Of a stretch of 64,000 bases of DNA, positions 24,102-38,891 are shown one piece after another; position 1 is the stretch's first letter; every line of letters starts with the position of its first letter. This DNA is from Octopus sinensis. Its lineage: Eukaryota. The DNA lies in assembly GCF_006345805.1 (NCBI RefSeq), contig NC_043019.1, positions 2,294,001-2,358,000 of the forward strand, in the 5' to 3' direction. A model generated the notes under the pieces. That model was not told where the DNA came from. It searched no databases and saw only the letters and a program-made list of their open reading frames with translations. A program made the position numbers and the translations under genes.

Positions 24102-25302
24102 TACATACATTGAAGTGTTTTTGGCTTCCAACATGGTCCGAAACTACATGGATTCTGGTTTCTATGGCTGACGAGATGTGTTTTATATGTTGAATTTGTT
24201 TGTTTTTCCCTTTGTTTCCACTTCGATTTCCACAATACAAACATACATAGGTACACACTTATTTACAAAAGAACGCACACATACATACAAATAATGCATA
24301 TATTCTTGTATAGAATATGCATTTGTATATAGAATATATATTATATTGAAAAAGATTGCGCATTTTGCATGGTTTGTAATGTAATGAGGTTCAGTAAAGT
24401 TCGTTGTATGACAAGCAAGCAAGGTGATTCTTAAATTGATTCCAATTTATCAATTTGACGATACAAAAAAAAAGGAGTATTTCTTCTCCAGAGAAAAATA
24501 ATTATTATGAACGTTTCCTATATCTAAAGCAAAATATGTTTACAAGTATGATCTTCCTTAGTGAAAATCGCCAATAGTTTAAAATGCTGAAAAAGTTACT
24601 TTAAATATTACTGAGGGAAAATGGAAACCTGATTACAGGGAAGTAACGGAAAAAAATTGAAAGACACATTAACGTGGTCTGGCACGTTGGGCGGAGCATA
24701 ATACGCGAAATATGATGAAAACGAATGAGCAAAATAGACGAACCCGACTAAACAACATACAATGATACATTACCTACCAAAATACAGACAAGAAACGTAT
24801 TTATTATTTATTGTTATTGTCGTGAATAGAAATAAGTTAATCACACATTTGAGTAAGAAATTTGACATTGATGGTGGGGGAGGGATCACTTTTTAAATAT
24901 TTGCTGATATTTATGGTGTTGCAACTCATAAAATGCGTTGGTGATGAATATTTATCAATCTTGACCGAGTTTTTTATTTTATTATTTTATTCTAAGTTGT
25001 TTACGTTTATACATACTACCAAACATAATAACACATGTTCCAGCTGGGCACATTGTTTTGGAATGGTTTTCTTCACGGGGAGTTCATAAAACTGCAATAA
25101 ACGTTTATCTTTAAATTTTTGCCAAAGAAATTCATCATTCTGAAACACAAATATTTTCATTCGAAGTTCTATTCTTTTGTTTCAACATCGACATTAAATG
25201 GATTTTCAAACAGGTTAAAAATTAAATTTTGTAGCTTTGAAATCCTTAAATTTGATGCTCATTTCTTTCTTCAACTCATTCAACTTTATAGCAAATGCAT
25301 AA

Positions 25303-25723
25303 TAGATCATCGTCGACTTACGACCTATCCGACTTACGACCGATCGATTTTACGACTATTGGCACACCAGCTCCAATAGTCTAATGGGTTTAATTTCTTA
25401 GAAATTAACCCCCATCTACGGATGATGTCAGCTAACAAACGCTTCCTCTACGTTCGGTTATCGATCGCTACTGTTTTGGATGACTATCCTGTTGCGGAAA
25501 TATCGAGGTAGCCTCATATTTGGTTATAAGGTGACTGCTTCAGACGCCGAAATTTTTTACTAACTCCAGTATAATAGTATAATACAGAATTCTGTGTGTG
25601 ACTTTTACCTGAGAATGAACCTTAAGAATGTGATAATATAAAACAAAGCTATGTAGGCCTATAGGCCGGCTAACGACCAGTCTGTCGGAATCAATTGCGG
25701 TCGTAAGTCGACGACGACTTGTA
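25303..25723. mobile_element. Tigger/pogo-type MITE
   Basis: TIRs CGTCGACTTACGACC ... GGTCGTAAGTCGACG with a terminal TA on the right side. Confidence 0.65.
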
Positions 25724-25739
25724 TATCCAGACTCCCTGT

Positions 25740-26314
25740 CATTGGCTTGCATGGGGAAATGGAAAGCATCACAAGTCCTCAGTTGATTTACCCAAATTTG
25801 AAGTTTTATTTTTAAAGTTTGATATGAAAATGCAACACATAAATGAACTGATTTTGCTTTAACAATCTTAAATTGAGATAATCTAAATGGGTATCTAGGA
25901 GAAATGCCAGGACACAAATCTATTATCTGTCAACCCGGATGCAACTTTACCAGTCATTTCTAAAAAGACACAAGCCTCGTCTTTCAGGCCATAAAACCAT
26001 TACGTATCATCCCTTGACTGCAAAATAATAAATCAGATCTCCAGACTCCTATTCAGCTTGTTTCAAGAACTCTTTCAACTAGTGATTTTGAAAAATTTAT
26101 GTTTGAAACAACTACACGCATAATATTTACAGATTTTGCACATATAGGCGCATGAGTGGCTGTGTGGTAAGTAGCTTGTTAACCAACCACATGGTTCCGG
26201 GTTCAGTCCCACTGCGTGGCATCTTGGGCAAGTGTCTTCTGCTATAGCCCCGGGCCGACCAATGTCTTGTGAGTGGATTTGGTAGACGGAAACTGAAAGC
26301 CTGTCGTATATATG

Positions 26315-26350
<36 letters not shown>

Positions 26351-26830
26351 ATTGTGTGTCTGTGTTTGTCCCCCTAGCATTGCTTGACAACCAATGCTGG
26401 TGTGTTTACGTCCCCGTCACTTAGCGGTTCGGCAAAAGAGACCGATAGAATGAGTACTGGGCTTACAAAGAATAACTCCCGGGGTCGTGTTGCTCGACTA
26501 AAAAGGCGGTGCTCCAGCGTGGCCGCAGTCAAATGACTGAAACAAGTAAAAGAGTAAGGAGTATACATTTTCTTGATCAATAATGCAATGAATTGTTATA
26601 AAGTCCCTGTTTGCTAATTTCCAAGTTAATTTGTCCTTTAATTTGGATAGAAAACTTATCATAGGTCCAGTCCTTGCTGGACCCTGTCTATTGCTACATT
26701 GACGAGCCTTTCAAGTGGATAATGCAACTTCGTTGTTGCTTTCTGCACTTCTTCAAAAATGTTACATCCTGTAACAATGTCCTTTATTATCGGAACAGTA
26801 GGGAATGCTTCGATGATATTAAATGACTTA
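25740..26830 (-). pseudogene. hAT (SPIN/Charlie/GTF2IRD2-like) transposase remnant, interrupted by SINE A
   Basis: Minus-strand peptides KDIVTGCNIFEEV..LERLVNVAID, ITIHCIIDQE (cf. HCxxHQE), GDLIYY and LAFLLDTHLDYLNLRL..HFP. Confidence 0.72.
26147..26562 (+). mobile_element. SINE family A, full length
   Basis: Complete head, core, (TA)(TG) linker and tail. Confidence 0.92.
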
Positions 26831-26846
26831 TCAATACCACATAGTT

Positions 26847-26919
26847 ACCTCCAAAGCTCAGTGGTTAGAGCACTGGTCTTCTAAACCAAGTGCCATGAGT
26901 TCGATCCTGACTGGGGGCT
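26847..26919 (+). pseudogene. tRNA-Thr(TGT)-like pseudogene carrying a TCT anticodon
   Basis: ACCTCCAAAGCTCAGTGGTTAGAGCACTGGTCTTCTAAACCAAGTGCCATGAGTTCGATCCTGACTGGGGGCT (73 nt). The body resembles metazoan tRNA-Thr-TGT, with mismatches in the acceptor, anticodon and T stems. Confidence 0.7.
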
Positions 26920-27327
26920 TCTGTAACACATCTACCACAGAGGTGGCAACTGCAAGGCTGAAACGAGTAAAAGAATATGAAAATTAGTTGTCGAGCTGAA
27001 TCGGATAGATCTGTGTTTTCCTCGATAGCAAGGGATACAGAATTAAATTCTCTCTTTTTTCTGACAGCCTTTCTTCGATATCTTCTGCAGTTCGTTCAAC
27101 TCGTTTTGTTTTTCTCCTGCGAGACAAGTTAATCTTGTCAAACATATTTAACTTTCCTGGGCATAAATGTCAAATCACTACTAAAACACATTCGTTTACG
27201 TGTTCTCTGTCGGCATAAATATATTTTTTTTTATATTTTAATATTTAGCAACTTTTTTTGCTTTCTTCGAGGTCTGCGTACTTTTAGAAAAAAAGAAAGA
27301 TTTTAGGCTTCTAATCTGTTTCTTCTG

Positions 27328-27612
27328 GAGGCACATGACCTAGTGGTTATAGCTGCGGGTCGTGGTCGAATCTCAGACCGGGCGATGTGTGTGTTTATGA
27401 GCGAAACACCTAAGCTCCACGCGGCTCCGACAGAAGGTAATGGCGAACTTGTGCTGGCTCTTTCACCCACAAACTTTCTCTCACTCTTTCCTCCTGCATC
27501 TTGCAGCTCATCTGCGACGGACCGGCGTCCCCTCCAGGTGGGTAACCTATACGCCAAGGAAACCGGGAAACTGGCCCTTATGAGCCAGGCATGGCTCGAG
27601 AAAGAACAAACA
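27328..27612 (+). mobile_element. SINE family C (tRNA head, V-domain-like GCGACGGACCGGCGTCCC..CAGG)
   Basis: Head and body are homologous to 57152-57540. Confidence 0.7.
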
Positions 27613-29001
27613 ATCTGTTTCTTGAGTACTTCAATTTTTTTCTTACTAATATTGTCTTTAAATTAATTGCACCCTGAATCATTTGAAGCATAATGCTGCT
27701 TAACATTCATTGTCGTCATGTATCGCACGCGTGGCAGCGTATTGCTGACACTCCACTGAAAGTCCTCCCGATTAAACGCGAGTTCTCCCATCGGATGACG
27801 CTATAGCATTTCTTCGTTCTTATTTTCCCAGAATGTTTTCTTGGCAGAGATATCAGGAGATTTACCTTTCTCATCTAGATGGCCGTTGGCCCACAAAGGA
27901 CTCATCCGTCCTTCGACAGGTCTTGTATTTAGTCCTGCTGGGTGTCCAGACACTCTCCTCTGAAGAGTATCAAATTCCTGAAGTGGGGGAGCCAGTTTTG
28001 TCGTCGACTGTCCAACTATAAAATAGGTAGTACTGGTTTGTATGGTACCAGGAGCAGGTCTCATCAGCCTGTGATAAGATCCCTGACCTGTCTTTACATT
28101 AAACTATTTAAAAACGGAGATGGGGACAGATTATATTAAATACATTGGTTATTGCTTTTGACTTGAACAAAGAAGTAATCATTTGTTTACTTTTCCTGAT
28201 ATTTTGGGGGTTTTTTTTATTACTTTTTGGTTGACGCCATGAGTTGTGACATCAAAAAAATCAAACTTAAAAGAATACTTACTAATTTAAGGTTCAGTTT
28301 CTGTTTCCTCCAATTACAACGACTTGCGATAATTTAAGGGTAGTAACTACACGGGCATGTCGCGTCGCATAACTTTACATACTGAGACGTCAAAAATGAA
28401 GTTTTGTCAATCATATTCTAAGACCACTACACGATACGCATGTGTAGTTACGGTCGCTGGATTAACGCAAAAAGCTTACTTTAAGCTGTGGTAACGAACT
28501 GAACATTTATTTCAATAATTTTCATTCGGTGTTGTGTCCTGAGTAAAGATTCCAATCTAAAGCTCTTGAACGTTTAATTGGTTGTAAATTGATTCATAGA
28601 CCTTGAAAATTACACAGATGACAGACCATGGTGAATATTATATTTTTCTGTCTGGTGTATACACAATGCATCAGATATTACTTATAGAGGTTAGATGGAC
28701 ATTTAAAAGTGTTGCCTCTTTGAAACCAGCTTCCCCAATGCTTGCTGTTTGGAAGAGATTGTAATTAAACAAGTGGGCACGAAATGAAAGAAAGAACATT
28801 TTAATGAAACGTTATTTACCTCATCGAATTTCGTATGGAATTTAGAAAGGTGTAGGGGCCGCAGTTTGGCCAAGACTGGTCTTTAATATGCATCCTGAGC
28901 TTCTACAAAACCAGCAGCATGTGTTTATAGTACACACACACACTCACAAATATATATGTATGTATATATATGTATATCTATCTATCTATATATCCATCTC
29001 A

Positions 29002-29047
<46 letters not shown>

Positions 29048-29253
29048 TATATAATATAATATATATATATATATATATATACATATATATATGTATATAT
29101 ATGCATATATATATATATGCATATATATATACATATATATATATACATATATATATGCATATATATGCATTATATATAACTTTGTAATGCATTACATCAT
29201 AACTGTTGCATATATCAATGGTATGCATTGTGTATGCATGTAATTATATATAT

Positions 29254-29293
<40 letters not shown>

Positions 29294-30621
29294 TGCTTCT
29301 ACATACTACGTCTATTGTAAACATGTTTCATATGCATCTGCGATATACGTCTATATCGCACATCCATAATGTACGTCTGTAGCATATATTCTACACCTAT
29401 AACATATTTGTATTTTGAACCTGTATAGCATACAACTACAGTATACTTCTATGATATACAAACGTAAAAATACATCAATACTATGCATTTATAGCTCACT
29501 ATGGGATACGTGTACAGTAAACATAATTTATCATCTCTGTAATATAAGTATATCACACACATTTGCAGTATAGTTCCAGTACTCCAATTTTTAATAGTAT
29601 GCTCGTTCAGTATACATTTAAAACATGCTTCAATAACGATTTTATAATATACAACATTAGCAAACTTCTCTAATAGAATTGAAATTTAGTAATACTCATT
29701 AGTCATTATCTGTAAGTTACTTATACTTTAAGAATTCTATTGAAGTTCGGTTCTAAGATATCACATTGCAATGTTTGTGTGTATCATTAATCGACTTATA
29801 TATGTGAATTTAAAGAGATGTTGTTGTGAAACAAATGCTGCTTTAGGTAGGTTTCGTGCGCGCATGCGTACATGTACACACTCACATACATACATGTACA
29901 TACACACCTCCACACAAATGTACACGCATATATACATATATGCACTTCCACCCACACATAAATACAAAATAAATACAAATACGTCCATATATATATATAT
30001 ATGTGTGTGTGTATGTGTGTGTGTGTGTGCGTGTGTGTGTGTGTGTATTCTGGGATAGATAAATATTGGTGTGTGTGTATATATATATATTATATATATT
30101 AAATATATATGATAGATATGTGTAAGTGTGTATACCACATTCATATATGCATATATGTATGTGTGTGTGTGTATGTGTGTGTATGTGTATGTATATATGT
30201 ATATATATATACACACATATCAATATATATACATATAACATACACACATCTGTGTGTGTACGTGTGTGCGTGTGCGTGTGTATGCGTATTACTGTGCGTG
30301 TGTGTGCCCGGGGGGGAGGCGCAGGCTGGTAGGGATTTATTTTAGTTTCTAGATGTGCATGCACATGTACAATATATATATAACGCATCATTGGTACACT
30401 GAACATAAAATGGTGACGGAAAACATTTAATATTCCGGAGAATATGTAATGCAGAGAAATATATATTCTTACATTAAAAGAAGCCATGTTAGTATAACTT
30501 AATGCTCAGCATTGTCGCATACATTGTTGCGTAGGTAAGAAGTTCGCTTCACAACCACATGGTTCCGAGTTCAATCGTATTTACTGGGATCGTGAGCAAG
30601 TGTCCTCTACCATAGTTTTGA

Positions 30622-30721
<100 letters not shown>

Positions 30722-31755
30722 GACAGGTTTCTTTCATTTTCTCTCTACCAAATCCACTCATAAAGCTTGGATCGGCCCGAGACAATAGTAAACGACACTT
30801 GTCCAAGGTGCCACGCAGTGGGACTGAACCCGGAACCATGTGGTTGAGAAGCAAGCTTCTTACCACACAGCCAGGCCTGCATCTATTCGTAAGCAAAAAA
30901 TTCCTGTCTTTTACAAGGATATTTTTCATCATTAAAACACTGCTTAATTACGATGATTAATCTTTTTAAAAAAAGTTGATTTTTTTTTATTTTGGTTTTA
31001 ACCTAACCTTGAAAAGTACGTTTTTATGAATTTTAAACTTTTGACAAAAATATTGCCAAATCTATGTAAGATTATGTAAGTTCAAGCGATTATAACAAAA
31101 TATCCCAGCCAGTCATGTCATAATAACTGTTATGAATGTAATATACTTGTACAAAGGCAGATTCGGTTATAGATACAATTTGTGGGAGGGGCTATAAATG
31201 TCATAGTGAGACAGCAATTAGGTTGACATAACAACAGAGTGGCTCAAAATGAAAGGATTAAAGAGAAAGGAAGTTGCAATAAACCTCGAGATAAGATCTG
31301 TTACGATGTTAAGGTCACTAGCGCAGGCAGGTCAAAGGACAAAGCTTGCAGTGAACAATCTGGGGAGAGAGATAAAGATTTAGATTCCAGCAACATCAAT
31401 TGCAGCGAAAATTCTCAAAGAGCCATTAATTGGGGAGGAAGTGAGTAAGCCTAAAGGAACATCAAAGAAACATAAAAGAGAAGAAAGAGAAGAGGGAAAC
31501 AGAGAGAGAGAGAGAATCATGAGAAAACGAGTGTAAGGGACAGAAACAAAAATTTACGTATAAAGGAACAGGCTGCGTACATAACGCGAAATTAAGTGAA
31601 ATACTAAGTCAAACAATAGTATTTTTTAAACAATCGGTAAGTGGTTATAAACCCGGAAAAGTGGGAGGATGAAATAAATATTGAAGAAAATGCACACCCA
31701 CACACATATATACATGTATATGTGTGTTGGTGTACATGAGTGTGTTTGTATGTGT

Positions 31756-31798
<43 letters not shown>

Positions 31799-31849
31799 GT
31801 GTGTATGTGTGTGTGTGTCTGTGTCTGTGTGTGTGTGTGTGTATGTGTA

Positions 31850-31915
<66 letters not shown>

Positions 31916-31925
31916 CGTGTGTGTA

Positions 31926-32835
31926 TCTATATGTATATGTTCTCTTTCTCTTTTTAATTTAGAGTAAATTTTGACCGGCCACCTATTTGGTAGTAAGGTT
32001 GTGAAGCAATGTATCGTATTTTCTTCTTCATTCTTTAAACTGTGCACTACAAAAGCCAGAGCATCTCAAAGTGATGAACAGAGGTACGCACAACTGACAA
32101 GGAATAGGATCTCCACTGCAGAACGAAGAGCAGTTTCAACAGCTAGGCAGCTTTCAATTATGATCCAGCAGTTCATTATGCAGACGACACTAGAGTCTCC
32201 ATTAATGCAATGACAAATGAGTACATACATTGTAAAGCAAGGAAGTAACCTGGAGAGACACCTGCACTCTGCTGCACTAGTGGAAATGTTAAATTCCCTG
32301 CAATCCCCCAACCTCCAGAGCCATTGAAGAAACTGCTGTCATCAACTGGCCAAGATTCCAAGAACTTCCAAACCAAAATTAGACAATACAACGCTGCACT
32401 ACAGATTGCATGAATCTTGGCTCAGTTATGTCATTTGGAGCCACAAAAGATATAACTGAGCCAAGATTCATGCAAACTTTCAAGATCCAAGGTTCAAATT
32501 TAACGTCGGATTGGCTCTCTTTTACCTCTGTGAAATGAATTACTAAAATCGGCCTTTCATTGCTTATAATCTGTACCTGTTTTTTTGGTTAGAAATTAAG
32601 CTACACAAAGCGTGATTTTTAATTACGTGTATTTACTTTATATACATATATGAGTTGAAAAATTTCTTTGAACATTTCACTTAACGTCTATCTTCCATGC
32701 TGGCATGGGCTGGAGAGTTATTAATGTATAAAGTTGGTGTCTCAGCTACGAGCAATTGAGACCTGCGTAATCTAGGCGGCGTTTTTAAATTTCATTGTTC
32801 TCTTTAACACGGGCAACGCTGGGAATTTCTGCTAG
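31926..32835 (+). mobile_element. Internally deleted Helitron with a RepHel N-terminal coding remnant (32147-32527)
   Basis: AFNYDP..HCKARK*PGETPALCCTSGNVKFP..PPEPLKKLL..FQTKIRQYNAA..MSFGA..TFKIQG..RIGSLLP. A degenerate 3' hairpin plus CTAG|T lies at 32808-32836. The 5' A|TC at 31926 is tentative. Confidence 0.78.
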
Positions 32836-32848
32836 TATATATATATAT

Positions 32849-32914
<66 letters not shown>

Positions 32915-33315
32915 TGTCTGTGTGTGTGTATGTATATATATATATGTATATATCACGTATCATGAGTGATGTTTCTGGCATTCTAGTGGGCTTCGGGTCT
33001 CTCAGCGCGCGCAGATAAGCATACACACACTCCAACACACGCACATACAAACACACACACATATAATAACGTATATTAATAACAGTCTCACTCTTCTCCA
33101 CTTGACTTAAAGTTTCAAGGGCGCGTAGGACGCGTCCCACTCATTTTCTCTCTTACTTCTTACTTTTCTGATATCTGGTGACACTGATCCCTCCTACTTG
33201 ACTACGAAAATATCACTCATATGGAAGGAAGCCCAACAATTATGTAATAATATATGCAATTTCTACGAAATGCGTTAAAAACCACTTTCGGTCGTTCATT
33301 CATTTGTATATATTC

Positions 33316-33364
<49 letters not shown>

Positions 33365-33490
33365 TAGATAGATAGATAGATAGAGAAGGATGTATATATA
33401 ATCATATCTATATATACATACACACATATATATATATATATATATATGTACATACATATATGTATATATATATATATATATGTACATACA

Positions 33491-33522
<32 letters not shown>

Positions 33523-33812
33523 CAAGATGTTATTTGAATCATTTATATCACCATATCACCGAAATATGTTTCGATAGATGCATTTAAAATAAATGGAAAA
33601 GGAAGAATAATGTTGAAAAAAATGCATCAATCTTATCAGGGAGCATATAAACACCAGTGTTCATCAATAAGTTTTCTTAAACCCGGTGCTTATTCTATCA
33701 GGGTTTTTTTTTTTTTCTTTTTGCCGAACTGTTAACTAACAGAGACATAAACAAACCAACACCAGTCGACAAAATGTGGTGGACACACAGACCACACACA
33801 CATACACACACT

Positions 33813-33888
<76 letters not shown>

Positions 33889-34344
33889 AAAAAATGAAGT
33901 TCGAAAATGCTGCTGTATTATACAATTTTTAATTTTTATATATACATTATAACATGTTTCAGTTCCTGAAATGAACCTTATCAAAAAAAGTTATATATAA
34001 AAAGAGACAGCTCATGCCGTCAAACACAAGAAATTCATTTATAATACACAACGGAGTCAGACATCTTAGAGTTCATGTATAGTTGATATATAGTTCATGT
34101 ATAGTTGATATATAGTTTGAAGTATATGTTCAAAGTGTTCGATGCAGTGGCCCACGGTGGCGATACGTATTCAATACAAAAAACAGATCAAAGTGGTGGA
34201 AAGCGGTCAATACAGAAGATTGATGTTTCCGAAAGAGCGAGGAATTCATTTTTACCTTAAGCAAGTTCGCTGGGTGGTTCTAGTGAGTTTTTGTGAAATG
34301 CTCGGTTTTATAATGCCTGTTAGGTGGTCAATCTAGCGTAGCGT

Positions 34345-34677
34345 GACGTCATCAATGTTTTGACCAATCGTTTCGTTAGTTGGCTTTAACCAAGTGGAAC
34401 GGGACGTCATCATTATTTTGACCAATCGCTGCATTATAACTCCCTCTTGTTTGTTTCCTGTCTTGACCAGTCGCTTCGTTAGTCAAGCATAGCGGGACGT
34501 CATCCAGATTCTGCCCAATCACGACTTATAGCTACATTAGATCTGCCCCCTGTCTGTACTTGTTAGGTGACTATTCAAGCAGAAAAGGACGTCATCAATA
34601 TTCTGACTAATGACTGTCCCCTGTTTGTATCCTGTCCATTCTAGCAGAGCTAGACGTCATCAATTTGTTGACCAATC
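34345..34677 (+). promoter_or_regulatory. Five fixed-spacing GACGTCATC-N8-GACCAATC (CRE-like + CCAAT) modules in the Penelope 3' region
   Basis: Modules start at 34345, 34403, 34496, 34588 and 34653, and every one has an 8-nt spacer. Confidence 0.6.
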
Positions 34678-34989
34678 AGAATCGGGTCTGACCCTTAGCT
34701 GTATCGTATGTATCAGGGTCAGATTTGCACGAAAGAATTTTTTCCTTTTTTACTAAGGCATATTTCCGTCAAGTGAGTGTCTGTTTGAAGTAGCGGCCGT
34801 GGTGAAATTTGGTTCTCCTTTTCGGAGGACTTATCTTTTGTTTTAGTATTCCTGGCCCAGGGTGTTTAAACTTGGTCTAAATTTTTTTATGAAATATAGT
34901 TCTTTATTTTGGCGTGTTGTGTGAAGGTTGCGTTGTCACTGAATTTATAGAGCGGGTTAGTTGTAAATTTCGGATTTACATTTCCAGCA

Positions 34990-36168
<1,179 letters not shown>

Positions 36169-36276
36169 AATATATATATGTTTAGCAAAATTTAGATTCA
36201 GATGAATTTTGTACTTAGTTAAAGGCACCAGAATTTTGTATGGTATTATCCATATAAATCAAATGGGGTGATTATA

Positions 36277-36449
36277 ATCAAAATAAGCAACAAGGATATC
36301 CAAGGTAGAGTAGTACAATTGTTTCATGCTACTTCATTTTATTAAACCCTGTAAGTATTACATGGATATAATACTTACAAGGTTTATAAAATGAAGTAGC
36401 ATGAAACTATTGTACTACTCTACCTTGGATATCCTTGTTGCTTATTTTG

Positions 36450-36451
<2 letters not shown>
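36277..36451. repeat. Near-perfect 175-bp palindrome (84/83-bp arms, 8-nt loop), pLTR-like fold-back
   Basis: 36277-36360 is the reverse complement of 36369-36451 with about 3 differences. Each arm carries GAAAC(A/T)ATTGTA. Confidence 0.9.
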
Positions 36452-36529
<78 letters not shown>

Positions 36530-37451
36530 AAGAAAGAGAGAAGAGAGAGAGACCGGCTTCTTTCAGTTTCCGGCAACCAAATCCAGTCACAAGGCTTTGA
36601 TTGACCCGAGGCTATAGTAGAAGACATTTGCTCAAGGTGCTTCACAGTGGGACTGAACTCGGAACTATGCGGTTGAAAATGATGTGTTTTTTTATTATTG
36701 CAAAGCAATCCCTGCGTGACTATATATATATAGTTATGCTCCTAAATTTCGAACTTTCGTTTCGTAGATAAAGAAATATACACCAACGCATTGACACATA
36801 CTCTGCTTCGTACGTGTTGGTGTGTATGCGTGCGTGTATACAAGCGTATGCTTGTGTGTTTGCGCGGGCGTGTGTGTATGCGCGTGTTTGTATGTGTGTG
36901 TCTGTGCGAGCACGTATGTGTGTTCCTGTGTGTGAAATTAGTATAGATGCCTGTGTGTGATTCTGTATAGACGCACGTAAGATCCTATACGTGTGTACAA
37001 ACAATTGTGAGTGCATATGTAATTTAAAGAATTTTTTTAACACCGTCGCAATATCTGGGTTACGACGCAGGTGCTCCTCAAACTTTTAATGATGATCAAG
37101 AAATAGTTGGAAGACTAAACCTAATCCGAATGCCGTAGAGTCTTCTCTCGACGTTATTACTTATTAACACATCTGCTCGGCATATGTTAAGTCAGGTTAC
37201 TGTACATTCACAATGTTAGCTCCCACCTTACAATTTTTACTTCAGTTTTAATTTGGTTTTCATAAAATCTACAGCTGCATTTCATCAAGTAAATTGTCTT
37301 TCATATTTCTCAAAACTAATGCATATACCAGAAAACTGCTTAAAAACCGGTCTTATAAAAATGTCAACGTTTGACGAAGGATATTTACATATGTGTTTGT
37401 AAATCTATATATGTGTGCATGTGTGTTTTAACATATAAATTGACATATAGT

Positions 37452-37906
37452 GGCAGGCGTGGCTGTTGTGGTAAGAAGTTTGCTTCCCAACCACTAGGTT
37501 CCGGGTTCAACCCCACTGCTTCGGCAAATGGCCACCACTATAGACTCGGACCGACCAAAGCGTTGTGAGTGGACTTGGTAGATGGAAACTGAAAGAAGCC
37601 CGTGCTGTATATATATATGTGTGTGTGTCTTTGTGTGTGTGTATGTATGTATGTATGTATGTATGTATGTATGTATGTATGTATGTATGTATGTATGTAT
37701 GTATGTGTCTTTCTTTCCGTATTTGTCCCTCACAACCGTTGCTGATGTGTTTACGTCCCCTGTAACTTCTAGGTTCAGCAAAAAAAAGAACGTTAGAATA
37801 AGTAACAGACTTTACAAATAAATAAGTCCTAGAACCGGCTTATTCAAAGGGTTCTTCAAGGGGTTACTGCAGCATGGGCGCAGTCATATGACTGAAACAA
37901 GTAAAA

Positions 37907-37908
<2 letters not shown>
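37452..37908 (+). mobile_element. SINE family A, degenerate
   Basis: Head, core and tail are recognisable. Confidence 0.8.
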
Positions 37909-37948
<40 letters not shown>

Positions 37949-38044
37949 ATATATATGCAAATATGCGTGTACTTATAATATGTGTGAGTATACATATATA
38001 CATACAATATATATATACATGCATATAATATAGATACATAGATA

Positions 38045-38089
<45 letters not shown>

Positions 38090-38090
38090 G

Positions 38091-38142
<52 letters not shown>

Positions 38143-38176
38143 GTATGTATGTGTATATATATATATATATATATAT

Positions 38177-38204
38177 GACGGACGGATATAACGCCCATTA
38201 TAGT

Positions 38205-38270
<66 letters not shown>

Positions 38271-38317
38271 GTATGTATGTATGTATCTTACTATAATGGA
38301 CGTTATATCCGTCCGTC
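38177..38317. repeat. Short inverted repeat around (TA)n
   Basis: GACGGACGGATATAACGCCCATTATAGTAAGATAC vs GTATCTTACTATAATGGACGTTATATCCGTCCGTC. Confidence 0.85.
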
Positions 38318-38731
38318 TGTCTGTGCCTTCTTCACGATCAAACATCTGGCCCAATGGTGACGATGTTTTTCGGGTTTGCGAAGGAGGTAATTAAGAAGGA
38401 TTTTAGCGAAATAAAAAATGTGAAAAAGTATGATTATTTAGTGGATATTGAGTTTTGTATTAATAAATCACCTTTGATTTTTTTTTTTTGTTAAAATTTC
38501 GGTGACAAGGATTAGCTCTGGATTCCCCAATCCCACCCGTATAGTTTGGGCAGATTCCTAAAAATTCCGTTTGCATCTATACATGTCACTTAGTTCCAAA
38601 CAAGTCATATAGCTGCAATAGAACGCTCTATCAGCAACAATAATGTGATTTCTCTAAGATATCGCCCAGTAATCTATCAAGTCCATTTACACATTTCTCA
38701 ATACATACTTTTGTTATGACCTCTCTCCCTC

Positions 38732-38792
<61 letters not shown>

Positions 38793-38891
38793 TTTAATAA
38801 TAAATATTAGGGAATAAATCCAAACTTACAGGGAAAAATCAGATTTAGGATTGAATCCAATTTTATATATACATTTATATATATGTATCTG

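Noticed and set aside
28030-28080. Minus-strand CTGATGAG
   Set aside because: No GAAA follows at a compatible distance.
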